Part shown: one piece after another, positions 39,558 to 49,344 of the stretch | Numbering within the stretch: the stretch's first letter is position 1 | Layout: each line of letters begins with the position of its first letter | NCBI GenBank assembly: GCA_041483195.1 | Contig: JBGPFC010000011.1 | Span: 39,211-103,210, forward strand | Source of the DNA: Candidatus Eiseniibacteriota bacterium | Lineage (GTDB): Bacteria; Eisenbacteria; RBG-16-71-46 | Direction: 5' to 3' | Length of the DNA: 64,000 nucleotides | The notes under the pieces: model-generated | What the model was told of the DNA's origin: nothing | The model's database searches: none | What the model saw: the letters and a program-made list of their open reading frames with translations, nothing else | Translations under genes and position numbers: made by a program

Positions 39558-41540
39558 CTACGGCAGCACGTCCACCTTGAGCACGCGATCGCCCTGCACG
39601 ATTCGCGAGACCACGTCCATGCCGCGTACGACGTGCGCGAAGATCGTGTAGCGGCCGTCGAGGTGATGCTGCGGCGAATGCGTGATGAACCACTGGCTGC
39701 CCCCGGTGTCCTTGCCGGAGAGCGCCATGCCGACCATGCCCGCGTCGTATCGGAGCCGGTTGTACTCGCAGCGGATGCTGTACCCCGGCCCGCCCGATCC
39801 GGTGCCGGTGGGATCGCCGTCCTGAATCACGAAGTTGGGCACCACCCGGTGAACGGCGGCGCCGTCGAAGTATCCGCGCGCGGCGAGCCGCACGAAATTC
39901 TTCACGGTCTGCGGGGCCTCGCGGCCGTAGAACGCCCACTCGATGTCGCCGGCGGTGGTGTGGATCAGGGCGCCGCGCTGCGCGGGGGGCGTCGCGAAGT
40001 CGTCGGGGTACGAAGCGGGGAGCGCCCCGCGCGCGGGAAACACGCGGTCCAGGCTGTCCGCGAGCCTCGCTCCCGCGAGCTGGCGCAGCGCGTCGCGGAT
40101 CGAGATGCGCGCGTCGGCATCTGCGTCGGCGGCCCGCGCCGCGAATGCGCGCACCAGGATCGGCACGCTGGCGCTGTCGCCGAGGTCGGCGAGCGCTCCG
40201 GCGCACGACGCCACGAACAGCGTGGCGCTGTCGGCCAGGCCGGCACGCAGCAGCGCCGCGGACTCGCGGTGGTGGATCTGGCCCAGCTCCTCGGCGGCGG
40301 TCATGCGCTCGAACAGCGCGTGCTCCACGTCGAGGCGCGACTCGAGCAGCGGCGCGGCCAGCGCGACCCGGACGCGCCCCAGCGCGCGCAGCGCGGCGGC
40401 GCGCGCGTAAACGGAAGAGTCGGCGAGCAGCGGCCGCACGGCGTCGAGCCCGTCCGCCCCGCGACGCCCGAGCAGCGCCGCCGCGCACGCGCCGCGGGTC
40501 GCGGCATCCGGATCGCGCAGATGATCGCGGAGCGCGCCGAGCGCCGAGCGGACCGCCACGGTGTCCGCGCTCACCCATGCGAAGCGCTCGCCGAGCGCGG
40601 TGGCCACGGTGACGCGAACGTAGGGGTGGGCGTGCGAGAGCGCGTTGGCCAGGCTCGGCAGACACGACGAGCAGGCAGAGTCCGCGATCTGTTGCAGCGC
40701 GCGAACCGCGTTCACCACCACCGGGACTTCCGGGTCCGCGAGCTTCTGGAGCAGGTAGGCGGTCGCGCGCGCCGATTTCTGCCGCCCGAGCGTGCGGGCC
40801 GCGTAGGCGCGGCTCAGCCACTCGTCGTCCTCGAGATGGAGCGCGCCGATCAGCGCGATCTGGTCGGGGGCGTTGATCTTCTCTAGCGCGTACAGCACTC
40901 GCCATCGCACCTCGGGATCGGGATCCCGATGCCGCTCGATGAGCGCGTCGAGCGCAGTCGAATCCGCGAGCCGCCAGAGCGCGATCGCGGCTTCGCCGCG
41001 CAGCAGCGGCGACGGATCGCGCAGGTAACCGGCGACCAGCGCGGTGCTCGCCTTGCTGCCGATCTTGCCGAGCGCCTCGAGCGCGAGATCCACCGTCTCG
41101 ATGTCGGCGCCGCCCAGCAGCCGCTCCAGCGGCAGGCGCGCCGACGGGTGGCCGATCTGCCCGAGCGCGAACACCGCCTCGCGCCGCACCCCCGCGCTGG
41201 TGTCGGCCAGCAGCGGCAGCACGGCGCGCACCGTTGTCGAATCCTGGAGCCGGCCCACCGCGAGCAGGGCGCGGGCGCGCACCGCGGCATCGGGATGCGC
41301 GAGCGCGCGCTCGAGCGTGTGATCGGCCCAGTCGCGGCGATCCTCGGCGCGCGCGATCGCCGCCAGCGCTGCGGCCGGCGTCGCAAACGCCGGAGCGGCC
41401 GTCGCGGCGGGCGAACGCGGAGGGGCCGCTGCCCGCGCCGGAGCGACGGAAGCTGCGAGCAGCGCGATCATGAGAATCCGGACGGCGGGGACGGGGCCCG
41501 GCCCGGCCGGCGCGCGCCCGTGGTCAGGGAGCCGCGACAT
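39558..41540 (-). CDS. Exported HEAT-repeat protein fused to a cyclophilin-type PPIase
   Basis: Signal-like N-terminus, repeated DP...VR..A..ALG HEAT units, APQTVKNF...HRVVPNFVIQDGDP...GSQWFIT...HLDGRYTIF. Confidence 0.88.
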   Translation of the reverse strand: MSRLPDHGRAPAGPGPVPAVRILMIALLAASVAPARAAAPPRSPAATAAPAFATPAAALAAIARAEDRRDWADHTLERALAHPDAAVRARALLAVGRLQDSTTVRAVLPLLADTSAGVRREAVFALGQIGHPSARLPLERLLGGADIETVDLALEALGKIGSKASTALVAGYLRDPSPLLRGEAAIALWRLADSTALDALIERHRDPDPEVRWRVLYALEKINAPDQIALIGALHLEDDEWLSRAYAARTLGRQKSARATAYLLQKLADPEVPVVVNAVRALQQIADSACSSCLPSLANALSHAHPYVRVTVATALGERFAWVSADTVAVRSALGALRDHLRDPDAATRGACAAALLGRRGADGLDAVRPLLADSSVYARAAALRALGRVRVALAAPLLESRLDVEHALFERMTAAEELGQIHHRESAALLRAGLADSATLFVASCAGALADLGDSASVPILVRAFAARAADADADARISIRDALRQLAGARLADSLDRVFPARGALPASYPDDFATPPAQRGALIHTTAGDIEWAFYGREAPQTVKNFVRLAARGYFDGAAVHRVVPNFVIQDGDPTGTGSGGPGYSIRCEYNRLRYDAGMVGMALSGKDTGGSQWFITHSPQHHLDGRYTIFAHVVRGMDVVSRIVQGDRVLKVDVLP

Positions 41541-44500
41541 CCGCGACGTGGCGTGGCTTGCGGAGCTTGACGAAGCTGCCCTGGTGGAAGGTGCTCGATG
41601 CGCCGTTGCGGGCGAGGAGGCGGTAGAAATAGACACCGTTCGCAATCGGTGCTCCTTCCGCGTCGAGCGCGTTCCACGGCAGTTGATGGTATCCCGGCTG
41701 CAGCGCGCGCTCCGTGCGCTCGTAGATGAGACGGCCGCTCACGGTGAACACGCGGATCGTCACGTCGGCCGATGTCGCGCTCACCAGGTTGAACGAGAAT
41801 TGAGTGCCGCGATCGTCGTTGAACGGATTGGGAAATGCCAGCGCATTCTCCAGCCGGATCTCGCCCCCGGTCACCGAGACGCGGAACGAATGGTAGCGGG
41901 TCGCGCCTCCGCTCGCATCGAGCTCGACCACGTCGTTCCCGACCGGGAACGGAGCGTGAGTCCACGTGAGCGTCCACTGGCGCCGCGTCGTGTCGTTGTT
42001 GGCGGGCACCGCGCTGAACGGCTGGCGCTGGCCGTTCACCTTGAGCGTCAGGTCCGTACCCGGAACGAGCGGGGCCGGCGAGAGCACGGTGAGCGCCATC
42101 GCCGCGTTGGGAGCGACCTGGTCGCCGTCGGCCACGAACAAGCCGTCCGCGCGCAGCACGGTCTGGAACGCGAAGACCACGTCGAACAGGCCCACGAGGC
42201 CGTAGCGATCGGCGCTGCGGAGCGTGTAGCGGAACGAGTTCGCGATCAGGGAATCGCGGTAGCCGATGTGAAAACGGCGGCCCTCCCCCGTGGGGTCCAG
42301 GGTGTCGGGAAACACCGGGGTCACGGTGTACGACGAGGGCGGTACCGTGACCGGCGGAGCGCCTCCGACCGAGCGCTGCACCACGAGCGAATCGATCCGC
42401 GCGTTGGAGGCGATGTCGGCCTCGAGCTGCAGGGTGTCGCCCGGCGCCTGGAGCGTCACGGTCTGTCCGCTCGTCACCGGCTGGCCGTTGGCCGTGACCA
42501 CCGCCTCGGGCGATCCGATCGAGATGCGGGTCGCGGGATCTCCCAGCAGCGTGTAGGTGACCATGACGTCGCGCTCGTACACGCTGTTGCGCGGCCCCGG
42601 CCAGTAGTCGAGCTCCGCCTTGGCGATGACCTCACCCAGCACGACGCGCGCGCCGCGCTCGCCCAGGTACTGATCGCGCGGCGGATCGGCGAACAGCGCG
42701 CGCGCGAAAGCTGTGTTGAGGTGCAGGCTGTTGTCGCTGGGAAGCAGCTCGTACCCGCTCGAGCCCCACGACGCGATCGCGCCGCGACCGGGCAGGTCCA
42801 CGAGATCTTCGCCCAGCGAGGGCGTGCCGCGGGTCGAGCCGTACTCCTGCCAGTGCCCGAACGCGTTCGGGTGGCAGGCGAAGGCGGTGAAGAGGAACGG
42901 CCTGCCGTCGTTCTGCAGGTCGGCCTTGTCGTCGTGGGTCGGCATGTTGAGATACAGGTCCTCGTGCGACAGCACGCGCTCGTTCGCGTGGCCCTGGTAG
43001 TTCCACCACAGCCGTCCCGCGTTGAGGCGCGACATGAGCGCGGGCTTCGCGACCAGCTGGCCGCGCGTCTGGAAAGCGGTCCGGTCGCAGCGGCAGGTGT
43101 CGGGCGGCGGCGGCTGCGTGCAGCCGATGATGTCCTGCGGGCGGTTGGGCAGGTAATAGCTCAGGTTGAACAGCTCGGGGTCGCTCTGCAGCAGCCCGCC
43201 TTCTTCCAGGATGATCCGGCGGCACTCGGTGTTGAGCTCGAGGAACACGCTCTCGCCGCTGCGCCGGCAATAGGCGCTCGTGTTCTGGCCGCCGCCGAAC
43301 TGGGACTCGCCCGAGTACTGGTCGTCGGAGACCAGCACCATCTCGCGACGCCAGGCCTGGTCGGGGGTGACGTTCTCGTAGCTGACGAGCTTGTTCGCGA
43401 CCGCGGCCGCCTCGGACGCGCTGTTGACGGGCAACCGCCCGAGGAACAGGTCCGGAACCTTGTTGGCGGGCCCTGGATCGCTGCAGTCCACGCACCACAC
43501 GTACCAGGGATCGCACACGACGGCCTCGAGAAACGATTCGTTCGCCACGCTCACGATCACCGGCCCGAGGACGCGCTGGGTGGGAACCCAGTCCTTGCTC
43601 GAGAGGCCGGAGAAATTCTGCGGGTCCTCGCTCCCGTCGCCCACCAGCAGCACGAAGCGCGCGTCCCAGTTGTCGTACGCGTACCGGATGAAGCGCTTGA
43701 TCGCGTACGGCGACTTGCGCCCGCCGTTGAAGACGTCGTCGACCGCCTCGAGCGGGGCGACCACCACGTCGAGGCCCTGCGACCGGCGGAGCGCGATCAG
43801 CGGCGCCATCGCGGGGATGAACGCCTGGGGCGCGATGAGCAGATAGTCCCCGGCGGCGCGATCGTAGAGGTTGACGGCGTCGGCTTGGGTCACGGCCGAG
43901 TACTTCGCGATCGGGACGGTCTTCGCCTGATCGAACGCGACATAGCGCCGCGGCCGGCCCGGCGCGGCGTTGTCCTGGAAGCGCGCCCCGATCCCGGGGC
44001 CTGCGCTCTCGAAGCGCACGCCGGTGAGGCGGCGAATGTCGGTTGAATCGGTGACGTCGTATACGCGGATCTGCGAGGAATCCGAGAATCCGGTCGCGAG
44101 GATCTCGAAATCGCCGGCCGAGGTTCCGCTGTTGCACGGGAGGTAGCCGCGCAGCGCCTTGTAGCCGCGCCAGTAGCCGACGTCGAAGTAGTTGAGGGCG
44201 ACGTTCGAGAAGTAGTTGGTGCTGGGATCGGGCGGAGAGAGATCGTTCTTGCCCCACAGGCTCAAGCGGTTGGTGAGCCCCTCGGTGAGCGCGGTGCCCG
44301 GGATCGCCCCCCCGCGCGTGACCGTGACCTTGCCGAAGAAATACGCAGAATCCACCACGGTGGTGAGCTGCGACAGGCCGTTCCGCACCGCACCGCCCAC
44401 GATGTGGTCCTCGGTGGAGAGCCGCCCGATCCACGTGAAGGCGAGCCCGGCCGGCCGGGTGTTGTCGAGATCGTTGGTCTCGAAGCGCAGCGTCTCGGGC

Positions 44501-45810
44501 CGCTGGTAGTAGAACACGGTCTGGTTCCACTCGAATGGGACGGTGAGCGTGTCGGCCGGAGAGTTGAAGTAGTTGAAGTTTCTTTCGTAGCGCCGCGTGT
44601 ACGGATACGACGCGAGCACCGGGGGCGTGAGATTGTTCCAGCCGCTCTTCGGCGGGACGCGCAGCCCGACGCGGGGCGGATCCACCACCGTCGCGTACAC
44701 GAAGTCCGCCTCGCCCCACGAGCGCTGCGCGTGCGAGATGACGGGCTGGCGGTAGGCGAGCCCCGAGCGCTCCCACCAGCTCTGCTCGTACACGAGGATG
44801 CGGTCGCCCGATGTGAAGAACCCGTCGCCGTCCACGTCGTCCACCTCGATCGGCAGCTCCAGCGTGACGTAGGGCGGATTGGGCGCCGCGACGTCCGGGA
44901 TGAACTCGTGGCGATGCACGCTCACCTGCGCGATCGGCACGTTCACGGGAAATCCGACGGCGATGAGCGGGTCGGCGTCGAGCGCCCACACGCCGGTGGA
45001 GTCGAGCTTCACGCGAACTTCGGGCGCGCGCTCGTCGAAGCCGGCGGCGCTCGCCACGCCCGGTCTCGTCGCGCGCTCGAGAAGGGACCGATCGAACAGC
45101 CCGCGCGCGGCGAGCGCGGGACGCGGCTCGCGCCAGCGTGCCCCCTGCTCGTAGTTGAGCACCGTGCCGCGCAGCACCGGCTCCCAGTGACGGTCCTGCG
45201 GAGCCGGCGCGAGCGAGAGACCGAGCCGCCCGAGTGCAGCGCCCACGAAACGGACGCGCACCGTGAGCGAACGACGCGACCAGAGCCGGCCGGTCGCGAC
45301 GTCGTACCGGAAGGGCTGAAGCGTGATCTGCACGACCCGCTGGCGGCGGATGGTGAACGGCTCGCCGACCTCGACCGCGGAGAGCGGCCACGACCCGTCC
45401 TGGATGGCGGCCACCGGCTCACGACCCGGAACCACCCCGAGACCGGCCGGATCGTCGTGGAATACGGCGCGCTCGCCGAGCGCCAGCTGGAGCCCGTCAC
45501 GAACGTCTTCACCCGCACCGTCCACGATGCTCGCGAGCGCCTGCGCGCCCGGCGGGATCGCGATCAGCGCGGTCGCGAACGGAAGGCGCGGCCGGCCCGG
45601 CGTGTCGAGCAGCGTGAGGCCCGGGACCAGGATTTCGGCGCGACCGTCCTCGCCCCCCGGTCGCACCACGTACGGCGCGATGTCGAGACGCAGCGTCACG
45701 CCCCCGTCGTCGGCCGCGATCAGGCGTGCCGCCGATGCGTGTGCGAGAGGGGCCGTGAGCGCGCAGTAGAGCGCGAGGAGGGTGGCCGCGGCGCGCGGCG
45801 CGGACTGCAT
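41524..45810 (-). CDS. Peptidase C25 (gingipain/PorU-like) protein with propeptide and C-terminal FlgD-Ig/T9SS-type domain
   Basis: PGRPRLP propeptide motif, DYLLIAP, FVLLVGD, DLFLGRLPV, NYQGHA (His), FTAFAC (Cys), YTLLGDPA, C-terminal FPNPF...NGVYFYRL. Confidence 0.85.
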   Translation of the reverse strand: MQSAPRAAATLLALYCALTAPLAHASAARLIAADDGGVTLRLDIAPYVVRPGGEDGRAEILVPGLTLLDTPGRPRLPFATALIAIPPGAQALASIVDGAGEDVRDGLQLALGERAVFHDDPAGLGVVPGREPVAAIQDGSWPLSAVEVGEPFTIRRQRVVQITLQPFRYDVATGRLWSRRSLTVRVRFVGAALGRLGLSLAPAPQDRHWEPVLRGTVLNYEQGARWREPRPALAARGLFDRSLLERATRPGVASAAGFDERAPEVRVKLDSTGVWALDADPLIAVGFPVNVPIAQVSVHRHEFIPDVAAPNPPYVTLELPIEVDDVDGDGFFTSGDRILVYEQSWWERSGLAYRQPVISHAQRSWGEADFVYATVVDPPRVGLRVPPKSGWNNLTPPVLASYPYTRRYERNFNYFNSPADTLTVPFEWNQTVFYYQRPETLRFETNDLDNTRPAGLAFTWIGRLSTEDHIVGGAVRNGLSQLTTVVDSAYFFGKVTVTRGGAIPGTALTEGLTNRLSLWGKNDLSPPDPSTNYFSNVALNYFDVGYWRGYKALRGYLPCNSGTSAGDFEILATGFSDSSQIRVYDVTDSTDIRRLTGVRFESAGPGIGARFQDNAAPGRPRRYVAFDQAKTVPIAKYSAVTQADAVNLYDRAAGDYLLIAPQAFIPAMAPLIALRRSQGLDVVVAPLEAVDDVFNGGRKSPYAIKRFIRYAYDNWDARFVLLVGDGSEDPQNFSGLSSKDWVPTQRVLGPVIVSVANESFLEAVVCDPWYVWCVDCSDPGPANKVPDLFLGRLPVNSASEAAAVANKLVSYENVTPDQAWRREMVLVSDDQYSGESQFGGGQNTSAYCRRSGESVFLELNTECRRIILEEGGLLQSDPELFNLSYYLPNRPQDIIGCTQPPPPDTCRCDRTAFQTRGQLVAKPALMSRLNAGRLWWNYQGHANERVLSHEDLYLNMPTHDDKADLQNDGRPFLFTAFACHPNAFGHWQEYGSTRGTPSLGEDLVDLPGRGAIASWGSSGYELLPSDNSLHLNTAFARALFADPPRDQYLGERGARVVLGEVIAKAELDYWPGPRNSVYERDVMVTYTLLGDPATRISIGSPEAVVTANGQPVTSGQTVTLQAPGDTLQLEADIASNARIDSLVVQRSVGGAPPVTVPPSSYTVTPVFPDTLDPTGEGRRFHIGYRDSLIANSFRYTLRSADRYGLVGLFDVVFAFQTVLRADGLFVADGDQVAPNAAMALTVLSPAPLVPGTDLTLKVNGQRQPFSAVPANNDTTRRQWTLTWTHAPFPVGNDVVELDASGGATRYHSFRVSVTGGEIRLENALAFPNPFNDDRGTQFSFNLVSATSADVTIRVFTVSGRLIYERTERALQPGYHQLPWNALDAEGAPIANGVYFYRLLARNGASSTFHQGSFVKLRKPRHVADVAAP

Positions 45811-45963
45811 GTGAAGTGCGGGCGGCTGGCACGAGTGTATGGCGGTCAGGCAGGCGGCCCGACGGATGCGGGGCAAAGGCGGATCTCCGGGTGATGACGC
45901 TCGAAACCGTAATGATACACTCGCCGACCGCAGGGCGTCGCTCATCTTCACGGAGGTGAATCC

Positions 45964-47343
45964 ATGGCGCAAGCACGCCGCAAGGGAGTGCTGCTGCTTT
46001 TCGCAATCCTCGCGTCCGGGGCTGGGCAGCTTGCAACGTGGCCCGGGCCAACGGCGGCCGCACGGAAGCCGAGCCGCACCGTCACGCTGCCGGAGTCCGT
46101 CCTGGCGGTGGTGGGGGGCGGCCGGCAGATCACGCGGTCGCGCTTTCTCGCTGCGTGGAAACAGGTCGAACCTCCGGCCCGGCCCGATTCCCTTACCCCG
46201 CAGGGCGCCTCCCGGTTTCTGCGACTTCTGGTGGGCAAGGAGGCGCTGGGTGAGGCGGCGCTCGGCCAGCATTGGACCTGGACCGACGACGACAGCAGCG
46301 AATACCGCGGCCTGCGTGACCGCCTCGTCATGAAGGCGGAGCTGGACTCGGCGCTCGATGCCACGCGCCGCACGCTCGCCGCACGAGGCGATTCGATCTC
46401 GGATCCGCGGGCGATCGGGGTGGTCGCGCGCGACAGCCTGGTCGCGCGCCTGCACCCGCGCTACGACGACGCGCTGCTCGAGCGCGTCGCGAAGGGCTTC
46501 GCCGCGGTGCCGAGGCCCTCGCCGGATTCATCCCTCACATCGCAGCTGCGCTTGCTGGGGCTCATGCCGCGCGTGGATTCACTCGATCGCGCGCGACCGC
46601 TGGTGCGCACCGACGCCGGTGACTACACCGTCGCCGAGCTGCTCGATGCGTGGCGGCACTTCAATCCGCTCTACCGCCCGCGCATCGATACCGCCGAGCA
46701 GGTCCGCGACCTTGTGCGGAACGGGCTCTACGAGCGCGAGCTGCGCCGTGACGCCGTAGGGCGGCGGATCGAGGAATGGCCAGAGGTCGCGGCCGCGCTG
46801 GCCCGGCAGCGCGAGTACGTCGCCGTGAGCCACCTCGTGGCGCGCAACGTGTACGCGCGAATCGCCGAGGATTCGGTGACGCTCAGGCGGCATTACGCGG
46901 CGCACCTCGATCGGTGGGCGCTTCCGCTGCGCGTCGCGCTCACGCGTCTGGTGTTCGCCGATCGCGCGAGCGCGACGCGCATGGCGCTCACGCTGCGGGA
47001 GGAGGCCGAAGCCGACAGCCTGGTCGCGCGCGCGAGCCGGGGCGGAGTCGACTATCGCACGATCGTGAGCGAAGAATCGGACAGCACCCTGTTCCGCCGC
47101 GCGCTCCGAGCTGGCGCGGGCGCGGTGCTCGGGCCCGACTCGTCGCGAGGCGGCTGGGGGGTGGCGCGGGTCGCCGAGGTGCTCCCGGGCCGGGACCGCA
47201 GCTTCGCCGAGGCCCGGACGATGGTGCATCACGAGTGGTACGGCCAGGAGGGCGAACGGCTGATGGTGGCGCTGCTCGACAGCGTGCGGGCCGCGACGCC
47301 CGTCACCGTGAACACGCGCGCGCTCGCGAGGCTTCTGCCCTGA
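45964..47343 (+). CDS. SurA/PrsA-like exported chaperone (degenerate parvulin domain)
   Basis: Signal peptide, VLAVVGG..QITRS, helical chaperone repeats, VLGPDSSRGGWGVARV...RSFAEAR. Confidence 0.6.
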   Translation: MAQARRKGVLLLFAILASGAGQLATWPGPTAAARKPSRTVTLPESVLAVVGGGRQITRSRFLAAWKQVEPPARPDSLTPQGASRFLRLLVGKEALGEAALGQHWTWTDDDSSEYRGLRDRLVMKAELDSALDATRRTLAARGDSISDPRAIGVVARDSLVARLHPRYDDALLERVAKGFAAVPRPSPDSSLTSQLRLLGLMPRVDSLDRARPLVRTDAGDYTVAELLDAWRHFNPLYRPRIDTAEQVRDLVRNGLYERELRRDAVGRRIEEWPEVAAALARQREYVAVSHLVARNVYARIAEDSVTLRRHYAAHLDRWALPLRVALTRLVFADRASATRMALTLREEAEADSLVARASRGGVDYRTIVSEESDSTLFRRALRAGAGAVLGPDSSRGGWGVARVAEVLPGRDRSFAEARTMVHHEWYGQEGERLMVALLDSVRAATPVTVNTRALARLLP

Positions 47344-47364
47344 ACCTCGCGAGCGCTCCCCGGC

Positions 47365-47394
47365 TTGACGCTGACCGAGAGCCCGCTTTAGAAT
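47365..47394 (+). promoter_or_regulatory. Putative sigma70-type promoter of the second PPIase gene
   Basis: TTGACG-18 bp-TAGAAT. Confidence 0.6.
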
Positions 47395-47462
47395 TCTCCG
47401 CTGCTTCGGCTCCCCGGAGTCGTTCCCGAGCCCGCGCTGCGCCAACTCTTCCGGAGATTCGC

Positions 47463-49295
47463 ATGTCCCTGCGTGGCCTTGTTCCCCTGGTCCTCGCCGT
47501 CGTCTGCGCCATCGGTCTGGCGCCCACCACCCGCTCCGCGCCCGGGCGGCCTTGGCAGCCGCCCGCCCATCCCACGAAGGGCACGCTCACTCCGGCCCCG
47601 CATGCGAAGAGGCCGACGCGGTACATCGGCGACGAGCCGGATACGGGGCAGTTCCTGCCCGACTCCGTGGTGCTCGCGCGCGTGAACGATCGCGTGATCC
47701 GCGCGGGTGATTACGTCGAGAGCTTCTTCTACTCGTACGCCGAATTTCGCCCGCGGCCCGACAGCGCCGGGCGCCTCGAGTTCCTGAACAGCCTGATCAA
47801 CAAGGAGGTGCTGGGGCTCACCGCGCGCTCGATCCCGCATGCCGAGGGGTTCGAGGATCGCGTGGTCATGCGCGAGCACTCTCAACGCGTGCTCTCGAAC
47901 GTGCTCTTTCAGCGCGCGGCAATCGACTCGGCGACGGTGACCGAGGACGAGATTTTGAAGGTTTACGAGCAGTATAAGTACCGCCAGCACATGCGGCACA
48001 TCCTGCTCCCCGACCGCGCAACCGCGGACCGGGTTCGCGCGGAGTTGATCGCCAGGCGCACCACCTGGAAGGACGCGGTGCGGAAATACTCGATCGCATC
48101 CGACAAGGAGCGCGACGGCGACATGGGCTGGAGCACGCGCATGTCCCTCGACCCGGCCCGCGCGGAGCAGGTGTACGCGCTCGAGCCGGGTCAGACCTCG
48201 GCCGTGGTCTCCGACCCGGACGGCTACCACCTGTTTCAATCCATCGAGCGCCAGACGGTGGAGCCGCCGGCGTTCGAGGGGATGCGCAGCTTATTGCGTG
48301 ACCAGATCCGCAACTACAAGATCTCAGAGCGCTCCAGCCGGCTCCAGGAGCAGCTGGGCCGCGAGATCGGGCTGGAGTGCGACAGCGCGAACATCGCGTG
48401 GGCCTGCGCGCAGTTCACGCCGACGATGGGGACCAGCGACCCCGGCCATGGCGCGAGCCTCAACATATCGACCATCGTTCCGGATTTCGCGCCCGCCGAC
48501 ACGTCGCGCGTGCTCGCGCGCCACAAGTTCGGCCAGTTCTCGCTGAGGCAGTTCATGGACGAGTACACCGCGCTCCAGCCGCTGGTGCGGCCCAACGTGA
48601 ACGAATTCGACTTGTTCCGCGGGCAGGTCATCGCGATGGTGCTCCAGCCGTGGTTCGTGGAGCTCGCGCTCAAGCGCGGGCTCGACAAGGACCCGAAGGC
48701 GGTGCAGCAGATCGAGAGCCGCCGCGAGGAATTGCTGGTGGAGCACATGTACCAGGATTCCGTCCTGAGCCGCATCTGGATACGCCCGGAGGAGCGGAAG
48801 AAGTACTACCAGGATCACCTGCCCGGCTACGTCACCTTCGACCAGGTGGGCTACGCGGCGTTGGTGAGCAACTCGCGCGCGGGCGCCGACTCGCTCGCGG
48901 CGCGCCTGCGCGCGGGCGAGAAGGCCGAAGACATCCTGCGCGCCGATTCGCTGATGGGCATGAACTCAGGCTCGATCCAGCAGCGCTCCTCCGCCGATCA
49001 CGGTACGCCATACTACAAGGTGCTGTTCGAGGAGATGCGCCCCGGCCAGGTGGAGGTCGAGGGCCCCGACCCGCACGGCGACTACCTCGTGCTCCAGGTG
49101 CGCGCGCACGACCCCGGACGACAGCTGTCATTCGAGGAGGCGGAGTCGATGGTGGACGATGCACTCCAGAACATTCGTTCCGAGGAGATGCTCAAGACGA
49201 TGCTGGCACGCCTCAAGAAGCGCTTCACGATCGTGACCCATCCCGAGCTGCTCGGACGCGTGCTCATGGTGGATCCCTCGCTGCTCCACGATTAG
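47463..49295 (+). CDS. Exported PpiC/parvulin-type peptidyl-prolyl isomerase (SurA-like)
   Basis: VLARVNDRVI, MRHILL...KYS...DGDMGW...LEPGQTSAVVSDPDGYHLF; second degenerate parvulin domain. Confidence 0.8.
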   Translation: MSLRGLVPLVLAVVCAIGLAPTTRSAPGRPWQPPAHPTKGTLTPAPHAKRPTRYIGDEPDTGQFLPDSVVLARVNDRVIRAGDYVESFFYSYAEFRPRPDSAGRLEFLNSLINKEVLGLTARSIPHAEGFEDRVVMREHSQRVLSNVLFQRAAIDSATVTEDEILKVYEQYKYRQHMRHILLPDRATADRVRAELIARRTTWKDAVRKYSIASDKERDGDMGWSTRMSLDPARAEQVYALEPGQTSAVVSDPDGYHLFQSIERQTVEPPAFEGMRSLLRDQIRNYKISERSSRLQEQLGREIGLECDSANIAWACAQFTPTMGTSDPGHGASLNISTIVPDFAPADTSRVLARHKFGQFSLRQFMDEYTALQPLVRPNVNEFDLFRGQVIAMVLQPWFVELALKRGLDKDPKAVQQIESRREELLVEHMYQDSVLSRIWIRPEERKKYYQDHLPGYVTFDQVGYAALVSNSRAGADSLAARLRAGEKAEDILRADSLMGMNSGSIQQRSSADHGTPYYKVLFEEMRPGQVEVEGPDPHGDYLVLQVRAHDPGRQLSFEEAESMVDDALQNIRSEEMLKTMLARLKKRFTIVTHPELLGRVLMVDPSLLHD

Positions 49296-49344
49296 CGGAG
49301 CGCGCCTCGCGCGCGGCCAGGGGGCGTCAGCGGGTTGCGCTTGT

